Both the position numbers and the translations under genes were made by a program. DNA of 59,799 bases, filler included. It is 7 parts of 7 records of this genome, joined end to end, with 100 filler letters (N's around TTAATTAATTAA, not from the genome) between each part and the next. Parts side by side here need not be neighbours in the genome. Positions count along the whole stretch, not along the records: positions 15,621 to 33,076 come from DRR723986_41422; 6 more parts are not named here. The stretch is one strand, 5' to 3'. Below, in pieces: positions 19,185-30,095 of the stretch (positions within the stretch are counted from its first letter, which is position 1; every line of letters starts with the position of its first letter). The notes beneath the pieces are model-generated. The model was not told the DNA's origin. It ran no database searches and saw only the letters and a program-made list of their open reading frames with translations.

Positions 19185-21944
19185 ATGAAGAACTTGACCC
19201 AAACTGCCTGCTGTTGCGGGCGCAATGGCCTGTTGAGTATTGTGTTTTTTCTGCTGCTGTCCCTGCATGTGGCCAACGCGGCTCCGCAGAGCAAAGACAG
19301 CAGCCCGATTACGACAACATTAAATACCGCAGCCAAAAACCCGCTGCCCTTGCCGAGCAGCATGCCGCTGGCAGACTTTGAGGAAAAGGTTTTTGACTTC
19401 CTCAACGCACGCACATACGAGTCCCTAAAGTGGGCGCGTGACAAAGGTATCCGGCCGACGGGGCCATTTATAGACGGCAAGTCCTTCAATAACCACCCAG
19501 CTGTGCGTATCTACTACTCGCCCGGCATGATAAAATGGCTTGTAGACGGGCGCAAAGATCCAATCCCGCAGAATGCGATGATCATCAAGGAGATGCACAA
19601 CGCACCCGCACAACAGTATTACGTGGATTCTACGCTAACATATCAGAACCAGGATCTGATTCAAAAGAACGTTGATGCCGGCTTTTCGGCCTGGACAATT
19701 ATGATCCGCGATACCGCCGGCGCACATGACGGCTGGTACTGGGGTTTTGTCTTTGGCGACAAAGGTGATCAGGAACCCGACACAAACATGTTTGAATATC
19801 CCGATCAGGGATTTGGCCAATACTGTACGCGCTGCCACGCATCAGCCGCAGATCAGTTAACATTTTCGGCTCTGAGTAATATTGAAGGTTTTGACGGCGA
19901 CCCGATTACCTACACTAATGACGCTTCGTGGATGAAACATCAAACCAGCGTACATGCAGAGCTGATGTCCTCACACCAAAACCTCTTTGAAACTGACGAG
20001 TTTTTCACAGAACAACTGGGCAAATTTGCCAAGGTGTCCAAACCGGATGCACATGCCGAATTTATCAAATACATCTCCTATGGCGCCGAACCACCGGAAC
20101 TTAACAGTGTGGTTGCGATTCCGCCGGTAGGGTATGACCACGTCGTTTCACAAACCGGCACAAAAGAGCAGTTTATCACATCCGATCAATGCCTTGGCTG
20201 CCACTCAGGTTTCCAGGCAGTTACCGGCTGGGAAATGTTTAATGTGGCGGATAAAGACACGGCCAACCTCTCGCCCTACGGTGAGTGGCGCTGGTCAATG
20301 ATGGGCCTGGCGGGTCGCGATCCCGTCTTTTTTGCGCAGCAGGAAAGTGAACGTGTGCTGCAGCCCAAACATGCCGATGAGATTACCGACCTCTGCTTCC
20401 GTTGCCACGGTGTGATGGGCCAACGCCAGTTCCACCTGGACACGGATGATGACGACCAGCTGTTCCGCGAGGAGTATGTGTTCGCGACTCCGGCGACGGA
20501 TGCAACACATGCCAAATACGGCGCTCTGGCACGCGATGGAATCTCCTGCCTGGTTTGCCATCAAATGGTGGACGATGGTGCTAGTACGATTTTCCCAATT
20601 GAAACTGGCCAGTTTAAGGTTGGCAGTCCCGATACTTTACATGGTCCCTACGAGTTAGTAGCCGCACATGCGATGCAGGAGAGTATTGGAATTACGCCAG
20701 TCTATAACCCATACATCAAATCTTCACGTGTTTGTGGTTCCTGCCACACCGTGCACCTGCCTGTGTTTAATGCCCAGGGTGATAAAGTCGGCGAAAAATT
20801 TGAACAAACGACCTATCTGGAATGGCTTAACAGCGCCTATTCAGATGAGAACCCGGATGTTGCTCAGAATGCGGATTATTCTGAAGACCTCACACCGAAG
20901 TCCTGCCAGAATTGCCACATGCCACAGACTTATCACGGGCGCACATTAGGTTTTAAGATTGCGACAATTGAAGACCAGGACTATCCAACTGCGGACCACC
21001 TGGCTCCAATGGAAAATATCGTGGTGCGCAACCGCAATGAATATAGCCGCCACACCTTGCTTGGTGTTAATGTTTTTGTGATGGAGATGTTTAACCAATT
21101 CAACGAGATTCTGGGTGTGCGCCTCTCCGATTATATGAGCGGACGCAGTGATGGGCTCGACCGCGCTATCAAAAATGCGGACGAACTTGCCAAAAATGAA
21201 ACAGCAGAACTTACATTAAAAGAGGTCGACCGCAGCAAGGGCAGCGTAGATGTTAAAGTCCACGTACAAAACCTTGTAGGCCACAAATTCCCGTCCGGCG
21301 TTGGCTTCCGGCGTGCCTTCCTGCGTGTAGAACTGATCGATACCAAAAAGAAAACAACACTCTGGGCTTCGGGACGCAGCAACGCTGTCGGCGTGATTGT
21401 CGATGAGAATGACACCCCCCTGCCCTCTGAATTCTTTGAGGAAGTTAACGGCAAACAAGTCTTTGAGCCGCATTATGAACTAATAAGTAAACAGAATCAG
21501 GTTCAAATCTATCAGGAACTGGCCCTTAATCCGGAAGGCGAGTTTACGACCAGTTTTGTGGCAATCAATGAAGTCCCCAAAGATAACCGCCTCCTGCCGC
21601 GCGGCTGGAGCGCCAAACATCCAGATGCCGAACTGACCAAAGCCGAAGGACGTGCCGCCAAAGACCCGCTGTACAAGAACGGCAGTGGTGCGGACGAACT
21701 GGTTTATCGTATTCCACTTCCCAAGGGACAGTCGAAAAACCTGGAAGTACGTGCTTCCCTCTTTTATCAGTCGATTCCGCCTTTTTACCTGCGGGATCGA
21801 TTTACGACCGAGAAAGACGGCAAACGCGCTATTGACGGGGACGACACGCAGCGCCTGCTCTACCTGGCGAGTCACATTGACTATACTGACACACCCGCCG
21901 ACGGTTGGGTCTTGCAGATAACATCAGAGAAACTTGCCCTCTAG
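19185..21944 (+). CDS. Secreted cytochrome P460-domain/multiheme cytochrome c fusion
   Basis: Signal peptide, P460-like segment (AMIIKEM...WTIMIRD...GWYWG...CTRCH) and six CxxCH motifs in total (CTRCH, CLGCH, CFRCH, CLVCH, CGSCH, CQNCH); GHKFPSG in the C-terminal domain. Confidence 0.85.
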   Translation: MKNLTQTACCCGRNGLLSIVFFLLLSLHVANAAPQSKDSSPITTTLNTAAKNPLPLPSSMPLADFEEKVFDFLNARTYESLKWARDKGIRPTGPFIDGKSFNNHPAVRIYYSPGMIKWLVDGRKDPIPQNAMIIKEMHNAPAQQYYVDSTLTYQNQDLIQKNVDAGFSAWTIMIRDTAGAHDGWYWGFVFGDKGDQEPDTNMFEYPDQGFGQYCTRCHASAADQLTFSALSNIEGFDGDPITYTNDASWMKHQTSVHAELMSSHQNLFETDEFFTEQLGKFAKVSKPDAHAEFIKYISYGAEPPELNSVVAIPPVGYDHVVSQTGTKEQFITSDQCLGCHSGFQAVTGWEMFNVADKDTANLSPYGEWRWSMMGLAGRDPVFFAQQESERVLQPKHADEITDLCFRCHGVMGQRQFHLDTDDDDQLFREEYVFATPATDATHAKYGALARDGISCLVCHQMVDDGASTIFPIETGQFKVGSPDTLHGPYELVAAHAMQESIGITPVYNPYIKSSRVCGSCHTVHLPVFNAQGDKVGEKFEQTTYLEWLNSAYSDENPDVAQNADYSEDLTPKSCQNCHMPQTYHGRTLGFKIATIEDQDYPTADHLAPMENIVVRNRNEYSRHTLLGVNVFVMEMFNQFNEILGVRLSDYMSGRSDGLDRAIKNADELAKNETAELTLKEVDRSKGSVDVKVHVQNLVGHKFPSGVGFRRAFLRVELIDTKKKTTLWASGRSNAVGVIVDENDTPLPSEFFEEVNGKQVFEPHYELISKQNQVQIYQELALNPEGEFTTSFVAINEVPKDNRLLPRGWSAKHPDAELTKAEGRAAKDPLYKNGSGADELVYRIPLPKGQSKNLEVRASLFYQSIPPFYLRDRFTTEKDGKRAIDGDDTQRLLYLASHIDYTDTPADGWVLQITSEKLAL

Positions 21945-21980
21945 AGTCAAAGCGGGCAACAAATGATCTAGTATTCAGCG

Positions 21981-22014
21981 AGCCGCCGGAGTTAAACTTC
22001 CGGCGGCTTTTTTT
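21981..22014 (+). terminator. Rho-independent terminator
   Basis: AGCCGCCGGA...TCCGGCGGCT stem followed by a T run, just after the cytochrome gene. Confidence 0.85.
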
Positions 22015-22200
22015 GTTTTGAGTGTAAAAATTCAACACTTGAAACAAGCCACAAATCGTGCACCCGTTTTTGGGTCATTATTGGGTACATGCGCATTGCA
22101 AGTCAGTTGTCATTTGCTCTACAGCTCTGCAATTTCTATCTTGTGTGGCGCACTCAACGATCAGATACTCCACTGTCGTTGATAATTCCTAAGAGGGAAT

Positions 22201-23121
22201 ATGAAGTTCTTAAGCATTCCGATGACGGTTCTGCGCCGTACAAAACGCTTCTTTAAGGAAATCAAAAAGAAGTTTGAGCTTCAGCCAAAGATCAAGTCTT
22301 TGCTTGCGGCGAATGCCGCCTTCTTTGGCTTGTATGGCTGTATTATTGGGGCGTTTAACGGATTGCCCCAGGCCCTTTCGTCAGCGGTTAAGTTGCCGCT
22401 TCTGTTTCTGTTAACTTTGGTGGTTGCATTTCCGACCCTCTACATTTTAAACTTGTTACAGGGCAGCAAAAACACGATTGGACAGTATTTTGCCTTGATT
22501 CTGGGCTCAACAGCGGTCACCAGTATCTTGCTGCTCGGATTTGCGCCGATTACCATTCTGTTTATGATTACGTCGGATCACTATCAATTCTTCAAAATTT
22601 TGAATGTGATTCTGTTTGCATTCTCCGGATTTGCCGGGATGAAGTTCTTTTACCAGGGAATGCACAGGATTGGAGATCAGCCGACAAGACCGGAGTTGAT
22701 AGACACAAAACCACGACGCTCAAACGCTGCAGCGCGCCCGGTTAACAGTGAGGTACGCCGCAAAGCCCAAATCACCCAGGATGCAAGCGGCCAAGCGAGG
22801 CCACAAGCGCAACAGCCGGCGTCCGCTGCAGCGCAAGCTTTTATTGGCCCCCAAGAAAGCGGAACGCAGATCAAAACACACAAGTCCAGGAAACACCATG
22901 ACCACAAGGAACTTAAACAACTGAAGAAGGACGCTCTGGCACGCAAAAGGACTTTACGTGCCTGGGTAGTACTATACGGATTAATTGGCAGTCAGCTGGC
23001 CTGGGTTCTACGGCCGTTTTTTGGTGCGCCGGGTGAAGAATTTGAGATTTTCCGCAATATCGATGGCAACTTCTTTACGAATATCCTTGAAGCGCTGGCG
23101 AGCATCTTTGGTTTTCGTTAA
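22201..23121 (+). CDS. Multi-pass membrane protein, copy 1 (basic Ala/Gln-rich loop)
   Basis: About five TM helices, SSAVKLPLLFLLTL and W..LYG.IGSQLAWVLRPFFG motifs; near-identical to copy 2 outside the loop. Confidence 0.85.
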   Translation: MKFLSIPMTVLRRTKRFFKEIKKKFELQPKIKSLLAANAAFFGLYGCIIGAFNGLPQALSSAVKLPLLFLLTLVVAFPTLYILNLLQGSKNTIGQYFALILGSTAVTSILLLGFAPITILFMITSDHYQFFKILNVILFAFSGFAGMKFFYQGMHRIGDQPTRPELIDTKPRRSNAAARPVNSEVRRKAQITQDASGQARPQAQQPASAAAQAFIGPQESGTQIKTHKSRKHHDHKELKQLKKDALARKRTLRAWVVLYGLIGSQLAWVLRPFFGAPGEEFEIFRNIDGNFFTNILEALASIFGFR

Positions 23122-23418
23122 GCCAACCCAGGCGCTGTAGACTACACTTTCAATGCAAACAACTTTTGGACGACTCTTTGGCCGCCGGTCCACCCCCTCC
23201 CCGGCGGCTACTATTATGCATTTCGATAAATGTGATGTCGATCCAAGTTCCCGACGTCCACCCTGTCTTTATTGGGTACATGACCTGCAAAACCGGCTAA
23301 ATACTTGCACCTCACTAAACCTTTCTATATCTTATCGCCACCTGTTCTACTGCTTCTAAATTTCACACACATGGATTTTTGTTACTTCTGCAGCTCTTGA
23401 TTAACCAAGGAAAAAAAC

Positions 23419-24339
23419 ATGAAGTTCTTAAGTATACCAATGACGGTACTGCGCCGCACTAAACGCTTTTTTAAGGAAATAAGAAAAAAAGTTGAAATCG
23501 AGCCAAAAATTAAGTCCTTACTAACTGCCAACGCCGCATTCTTTGGCCTATATGGCTGTATTATTGGCGCATTTAGTGGATTGCCTCAGGCTCTGTCTTC
23601 GGCCGTTAAGTTGCCGCTTCTGTTTCTGCTTACCCTGGTGGTTGCGTTTCCGACGCTGTACATATTAAACTTGCTGCAGGGCAGCAAAAACACGATTGGG
23701 CAATATTTTGCCTTGATTCTGGGATCTACAGCAGTCACAAGTATTCTGTTAGTCGGTTTTGCACCGATAACCATTCTGTTTATGATTACGTCCGACCACT
23801 ACCAATTCTTCAAAGTCCTGAATGTTATTTTGTTTGCCTTCTCCGGCTTTGCTGGAATGAAGTTCTTTTACAAGGGAATGCACAAAATTGGAGATCAGCC
23901 GACAAGGCCGGAGTTGATAGACTCAAGGCCAAAGTACGCGCAGGTTGAGCCCTATGAAAGAGAAGGTGAAGACGAGGACGACGCCGAATTGGAAGAACAT
24001 GAGGCTGAATGGGCCGAAGAAGAAGAGTTTCCAAGCGATTCAGATGAATATGCTATGACTGTAGAACAGCAGGAAGAAAAGACACAGATCAATAAGCACA
24101 AGTCCAAGAAGAACTATTCGTATAAAGAACTTAAACAGTTCAAAAAGGATGCATTAACACGCAAGCGCACACTGCGTGCCTGGGTAGTTCTCTACGGATT
24201 AATCGGAAGTCAGCTGGCCTGGGTGCTACGGCCATTCTTTGGCGCACCGGGTGAAGAGTTTGAAATTTTCCGCAATATAGATGGCAACTTCTTCACGAAT
24301 ATTCTGGAAGCGCTGGCAAGCATTTTTGGTTTTCGTTAA
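23419..24339 (+). CDS. Multi-pass membrane protein, copy 2 (strongly acidic loop)
   Basis: Tandem paralogue of 22201-23121 with the same 306-aa length; AAGGA RBS. Confidence 0.85.
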   Translation: MKFLSIPMTVLRRTKRFFKEIRKKVEIEPKIKSLLTANAAFFGLYGCIIGAFSGLPQALSSAVKLPLLFLLTLVVAFPTLYILNLLQGSKNTIGQYFALILGSTAVTSILLVGFAPITILFMITSDHYQFFKVLNVILFAFSGFAGMKFFYKGMHKIGDQPTRPELIDSRPKYAQVEPYEREGEDEDDAELEEHEAEWAEEEEFPSDSDEYAMTVEQQEEKTQINKHKSKKNYSYKELKQFKKDALTRKRTLRAWVVLYGLIGSQLAWVLRPFFGAPGEEFEIFRNIDGNFFTNILEALASIFGFR

Positions 24340-24428
24340 GTCGGTAAGCTGCCAGATAACATTTGTATGCGTAATGGTACGCCGTTAAATCAATCGGTAT
24401 TTTTCATGAGGCGTTCCAGCGGAGGGCC

Positions 24429-24716
24429 TCATGAAAATACTTGTATCACCAGGTAGACAATCAAAATACTGACAATCGAAGTTACGAAGTAACGCGTCCA
24501 GCGGATGTCTTCGCGCGACTCGGGGCTGAACTCATCATTGACGATTTTGCTGGCGATGCTGCGCAGTTCACTCGCCGGCAGATCGCTGTAGTGTTGGATT
24601 GAAGCGACAATGATGTCAACGCGTTCCTCGCGATTCTGCGCCTCACGCAGTTCTTGCTCGCGCGAGACGACACATTCGTGAATGCGGGCGTAGATGCCCT
24701 GATCGATCGTATTCAT
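24429..24716 (-). CDS. Small hypothetical protein with a C-terminal TM helix
   Basis: 95 aa, helical N-part, hydrophobic C-terminus; AAGGA upstream. Confidence 0.55.
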   Translation of the reverse strand: MNTIDQGIYARIHECVVSREQELREAQNREERVDIIVASIQHYSDLPASELRSIASKIVNDEFSPESREDIRWTRYFVTSIVSILIVYLVIQVFS

Positions 24717-25259
24717 AATAGAAACAAATCCTTGTTAGTGTTGGCCGGAACAGAGCTATGGGAAGAAAGCTGCACCGGAAAATGCCTGAATATTAATGCG
24801 GCATGTTGGCTGCGCTTAATGTACGCAGACTTACGCACTTTCTCAAGCTAATTAACCAGTACCTGCGGCATACGACTGTCGGTAGTACAATTCGGCGGAT
24901 GATCGGTTCAGGGAATTGCGGCGGAATCGGGGATTGTACGTCAGTTTTTTTGCGGCAGGCGGAGGGGGTGATGGTTTGAAGTCTGGAGGCAGGCTGGTGG
25001 ACCGGCGTGCAAATATTTGCGGCAAAAATACTTGAAGGCTGAAAGGTTTGAGGTTTTTGACTCGGTGCAAAACAAGATGGTTTGGTATGGAGTATACATC
25101 AGAAATTTTGCTAAGATGTAACGTTAAAAATGCGTGGAAAAATAGTCAGCCTACATGGCTCAGAACTTATTTGGCACAATGCCAGAGCTACGCACAAGAT
25201 TTCACGCAGCCCCGGCATTAATGCCTCATCGCTTCATTGTCAATCTGATCGAACGGGTT

Positions 25260-27464
25260 TTAGTTACCAAGCTTAACATTACGGACAATTGTGTGTTGTG
25301 CCGCACGCAGAGCCAGAATGTAAACTCCAGAAGAGAATTCCGCCAGGGAGGCCTCCAAAATGTGCTCCCCTGCCGCAAACGCGCGCCCAGAGAATAGCGT
25401 TTTAACACGTTTACCCTGAGCATCAAACACAAGCAATTCCACGTCATTCTGGTTTTCAGCAAATTGAATTTGCACGCTAAACGCGCCGGTCGTTGGATTG
25501 GGCTGCGGGAGCGACATTACAATTCCCAGCTCGGCGGCTTCATTAAACAAAGCATTGTTTAACTCGGCGCTGGAGATATCGGAACCGGAATCAGAGCCGT
25601 CGTCCTGTAAACCCTTGATTACGTCATCATCGCCCGGATCAACAAAAAAGCCACGCGTAAATTCATAGCAGATTAAAGTGTCACAGGTAACGCAGTTCTC
25701 ATCCGTGAATTCATATAGAACACAGAATCGAATCTTATCGCGGCAGCCGCGACTGGGGCCGGGCAGGAAGCTGAGATCCAGTTCAAATTCGGCATTGCTA
25801 AAATCAACTCCGCAGTTGTTAACACCCCAATAGATGCTGTTGCTCGATGGATAGTTTGGATCGGCATATGGCTGCGTTGGACCGGGAAGCGGTGCGCTCA
25901 GCACTCCCCCATTTATAAAACCACAGGCAGGCTGGACACTCACGATTTGCCCCGGCGTACAGAAGTAGCGATACAGGACCGAACTGACGAGGGTAGCACG
26001 TGCCGCCGACATCGACTGACTAAACCCGATGAAAGTGGTATTTACTGTAGCTCCACCACCAGGAGTTGGACGAATGATGTTTTCCACCTTAACGTCATCA
26101 AAGAAGGTATCACAACAACCCTCACAGTTCGGCAGACGGAAACAAATTGTGTCCGGCGGACAAATCCACAACGGCGTGCCGTCCGCACTAGGCGGGCCAT
26201 ACATAATGATTTCAATGCAAACCTGCGTCCCCGGTAGAGTCCCCAGACCACTCAACCCGAAGTTTAACGGGCCAGAAGAGGCCCCGGTTGTTAAACTCGG
26301 AGAAAATACTTGTTGTGTTGGCGAAAGTGCGACACCTGGAGTGAGACTGTTAACAAATACTCCATGTGCGGCACCCAAAGTTCCCTGCCAGGTAAGGTCA
26401 AGATCCAACTCGTAGGAGTTGCCATGCTGACCGGGCTCACAGCATTCAACTTTTGTTTTGATGTCCAGCGCGCAGCTGTCGCCCACCGAAGTTGTATCAC
26501 AGTTCAGGAAAACCTGCACAAGACTGGAGCCGCCAGGCGACACGTTAACAGTGTGACTGCCTGTTGGAAAAGTTTGGATCCATCCCGGCTGACCGATTTC
26601 GGTAATTGTATAGGTGCCGGCCGGCAAGTTTGAGAAGTAGGCATAACCATTTGCATCACTGGTTGCCGATTGCGTGCCACCGTTAAGCTGGAACGTCCAA
26701 CCTGACATAGGTTGATCGCCGCTGTCAAGGATGCCGTCACAGTTTTTATCGTCGTATTTACGTACTACAATTGTTCCGCTGGTATTACAACAGAGTGGAT
26801 CGGCCAGTTCATTATTTGGACTATACAATAAACCCTGGATGTTAAGTCCCATGGCAACACTGAAAATGTTCTCCAGTTCAATGCGAATACAATTTTTTCC
26901 AGCCGGAAGCTGTAGAGAAGATATGATTGAAGTCGTAACCTGAAAGGCCAGATCCAGCGGTGGTAAGTTCGTGGAAGAGCCGATCAACACGCCGTTGAGG
27001 TACACGTCGGCGTCATCATCCGCCAGCATATTCAGGTCAATATCAATATGCGCAGTCGTGCTGCCGGGCGCGGGACAAACACAAAAACAGTATTCAAAAA
27101 TGTAAACCCCGTTAGTGTCATTTTCGCTGGTCGGGTACGCAGAAATCCATTGACTGCCGTTCTGTGCTGGGCCCCATGAGGTACCACCAAGTTGCACATA
27201 TTGCGGAATCACAGCTGCCGGGCGTGGCTCAGTAGTGTTAGCTGAAGGGTCCTGCACGACAGTCCAGTAAGAATCAAACTGGCCAATCGAATAGATCGCA
27301 TTTGTCGAATGATCGTAGCCGGTGCTGATGTTAAGTTTGTCAGTTAAACAATTCGGATCGGTACACGGGTCAACTGGGTTGGGGTTTTGCGCCACTGCCA
27401 AGCCTGGCAGTGCAGCAAAAAAAAGCAGGAGCAGAATACGAGACAATAGGTTGCGTCGGCACAT
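25260..27464 (-). CDS. Secreted Cys-rich multidomain protein (jelly-roll-like N-domain, SdrD-B/Cna-like domain, T9SS tail)
   Basis: Signal peptide, ADDDADVYLNG, KYDDKNCDG..D.GD..MSGWTF and GTYTITE motifs, and a PQPNPT...GVYIL C-terminal tail. Confidence 0.8.
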   Translation of the reverse strand: MCRRNLLSRILLLLFFAALPGLAVAQNPNPVDPCTDPNCLTDKLNISTGYDHSTNAIYSIGQFDSYWTVVQDPSANTTEPRPAAVIPQYVQLGGTSWGPAQNGSQWISAYPTSENDTNGVYIFEYCFCVCPAPGSTTAHIDIDLNMLADDDADVYLNGVLIGSSTNLPPLDLAFQVTTSIISSLQLPAGKNCIRIELENIFSVAMGLNIQGLLYSPNNELADPLCCNTSGTIVVRKYDDKNCDGILDSGDQPMSGWTFQLNGGTQSATSDANGYAYFSNLPAGTYTITEIGQPGWIQTFPTGSHTVNVSPGGSSLVQVFLNCDTTSVGDSCALDIKTKVECCEPGQHGNSYELDLDLTWQGTLGAAHGVFVNSLTPGVALSPTQQVFSPSLTTGASSGPLNFGLSGLGTLPGTQVCIEIIMYGPPSADGTPLWICPPDTICFRLPNCEGCCDTFFDDVKVENIIRPTPGGGATVNTTFIGFSQSMSAARATLVSSVLYRYFCTPGQIVSVQPACGFINGGVLSAPLPGPTQPYADPNYPSSNSIYWGVNNCGVDFSNAEFELDLSFLPGPSRGCRDKIRFCVLYEFTDENCVTCDTLICYEFTRGFFVDPGDDDVIKGLQDDGSDSGSDISSAELNNALFNEAAELGIVMSLPQPNPTTGAFSVQIQFAENQNDVELLVFDAQGKRVKTLFSGRAFAAGEHILEASLAEFSSGVYILALRAAQHTIVRNVKLGN

Positions 27465-27770
27465 GTTAACACACCTCTGGTTGGAGTAAGTATTTAGTGA
27501 TTGTCAGTGAAGTCGGCTGCGTAGGTACGTTGCATGTGGCGGGCTGCGATTTGGGCGGTGGGCACCACACTACCACCACAAACCGCAGCCAAACCGCGCA
27601 CATGCAGCACAAATGTACGCAGTTAACGCGTTCAGTCGGTGAACTTGAAAATCAGTATTTTGTCAGTAGAGGTCGGCAAACATAAAAGTGCGGCGACTGG
27701 TGAGGCCGCCGCGCACAAAACGTCATTCTGTGAGTGTGATTCGCAATTCCTGGACAAACAGCTCGCAAAC

Positions 27771-30095
27771 TTAACGGCGCAATACCGTGCCTTCAAACAC
27801 TCGCTCAGCCACGTGTAAACGGTAGAAGTAGACACCAGCTTCAAGACCCTGCGGCAGTGTGACTTGCAGTGTGGGCTGCAAGGACGCGATAAGCGTTTGC
27901 CGCAGGACAGTCCCGCCGCGAAGATCGCTGATGTGCAGCTCAACTTGGCCTGAAAGGCTCAAGTTTTGCGGTAATGTTATCGTGAGCTGATCGTCAAAAG
28001 GATTCGGATAAACGGTAAGTGCCACGGCGGATGCGTTTAAGTCCGGCAGCTCCGGCTTATGAACCTGGTCATGCGCCACACTACTTATAACTCCATCGTT
28101 AATCCAGAGTTCGCGGCCATCGCGATAGGCGAACATGTGATCTCCGTGTTGAAACAGGCGTGCATTGTAGAAGCATTCTGGAAACTCGTGAGTCACATCG
28201 ATCCATTGACTGCCTTCCAACTGTAGAATGTATCTCTGCCAACTCTCGCCCTCGCGTTGAATGCTGGCGTGTAAATAGGCTTTGTCCGCTATCACATAAG
28301 CGAAACCTAGTTCATGTTTCCCAAATGTGCCGCCCAAATCAAAGGGATCGTTCTGTTCTTCCCAGGTCTGACCGCCGTCACGGCTAATGGCAATGTCTTG
28401 GTGCTCGCCGTCAATTGCAAGCTGAATCTCAGCATTTCCGAACAGACCGGTCGCGTATTCCGAGACATCCCACCAGTTGTGAACAAACTCCCATTGCTCT
28501 TCCCCATGTTTTAACAGCATAATAGATTCACTCGATTCCGGCGTACGCGATTTGGCAAGCAGGCCTGCAGTCGTTGGTAATAAACTTTCAATCGGCATCG
28601 GTACACTACTGCCGCGTTGCAAATTGGCACTTATGTCTGTCCAGGTTTTGCCGCCATCGCTGGAACGATGTACACCGCCAAAGATCCAGCTTTTTTCGAT
28701 GCTGTGTGTGCCGTCCTCGTAAAAGGTATACGAACTGCCTTCGAATGCCACGTAAAGATTGCTGCCATCATGTGCTACAGCAGAAATGTATCTGGTCTCA
28801 TCCATTTCTGCATTTAGAGTCGTTCGCGTCACCTCAATCTCATTGTTAAGTGCGGTCCAGCTTTCACCTTGATCAGCGAAACTCTGCAGGACCCGGGAAG
28901 CGGCAGGGTTTCCAGGCCCAACGGACCACTGCGCAAAAAGCGTTTTATCACCATATGCAACGTTGCGATTGGTCCCGAGTCTTGCCACCGTCCAGCTCTC
29001 TCCATTGTCGAGTGATTTGTACATCACATTTTCGGAATGTGCGATCAGTGCATTTCCAGCCGAGACGAATTTGAGAAAACGCGCAAAAAAACCTTTGTTA
29101 AGTCCCTCCCAACTCGCACCAGAATCTCTTGACACAAAGACGCCTTCATTTGAGTAAGCGAGCAATTCATCACCACGGAATAACAGTCCTTTGAAATTAA
29201 GTGGAGTAGTAATTTGCTCCCATGCTCCGTCGTGGAACTTCAGAATGCTCGACTCAAATGGCAGCAAAAGTTCTGAATTTCCAATTACCGCATTGCGAAA
29301 CTATGGATATTGTCCCTCGGAGTTCTTTGGTAACCCAGCATTAACTTCCTCCCAGGTCTCACCGCCATCAAGAGTTTGAAACACTCCGTCCTGCCGGTTT
29401 TGCGCCAGGATTGACTGCCCCAAAACATACAGATGTGAAAATTCTGATGAACCTGTGGGAAGTGTAATATCATTTAACAATTCCCCCTTAGAATCAATCT
29501 GTTTAAGCACTAGCTGCCCTTGCTGCCGAACCAGAAGTCCCTCGTCTACACCCATCAGGCGATTGCCCATCAGTCGATTAATGGTACCATCCAGAGGATT
29601 CAGCTCAGCAAACAGACTCCAATTCTGCCCATCCTCGCTGAAGTAGACCTGGTGATTCACCCCCACGTACATCCGCTCACTTGTTACATGTACCGTGGGC
29701 ATTTGGCCTTGTGTTGGCTTATAGTCAGTTAAGTTTGGAAGATCGGCAGCAACCCAGTCTTGCGTAGTTGCTTGGTATAACATCAACCGGAATTCAAAGC
29801 CGGCAACACTTTCCAATCGGTACAAATCGCCACGCCACGCCAACAAGTACACGTTGTTTAGCTCAACCTGGCCCGGCTTACTCAAAGCCGGACTCCATGT
29901 GCCGCTAAAATTTTGATGTAATTTGCCATCTGCAACACAATACAAGCCAAATGTTCCGACGGCCAACGACGTCACCACCCCGCCACTCGGCCCCTCCAAT
30001 TGGCGCCATGCGGCAGTCAAATGTGTAAAACTCATCGCCGAAAGAATGATTGACAGAATGATTGGCAGAGTGATTAACTGAAAGGCGAACTGCAT
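27771..30095 (-). pseudogene. BNR/sialidase-like repeat T9SS protein interrupted by one in-frame TAG (29301-29303)
   Basis: ORFs 29301-30095 and 27771-29267 are in the same frame (GQYP*FRNAVIGNSELLLPF). The joined frame is 775 codons and collinear with the intact neighbour. It has SxDxGxxW Asp-box repeats and a VYPNP tail. Confidence 0.8.

Noticed and set aside
27771-30095. Genome-wide TAG recoding or pyrrolysine use
   Set aside because: Only one internal TAG is seen, TAG terminates another gene on the same piece, and no pyl genes are present.
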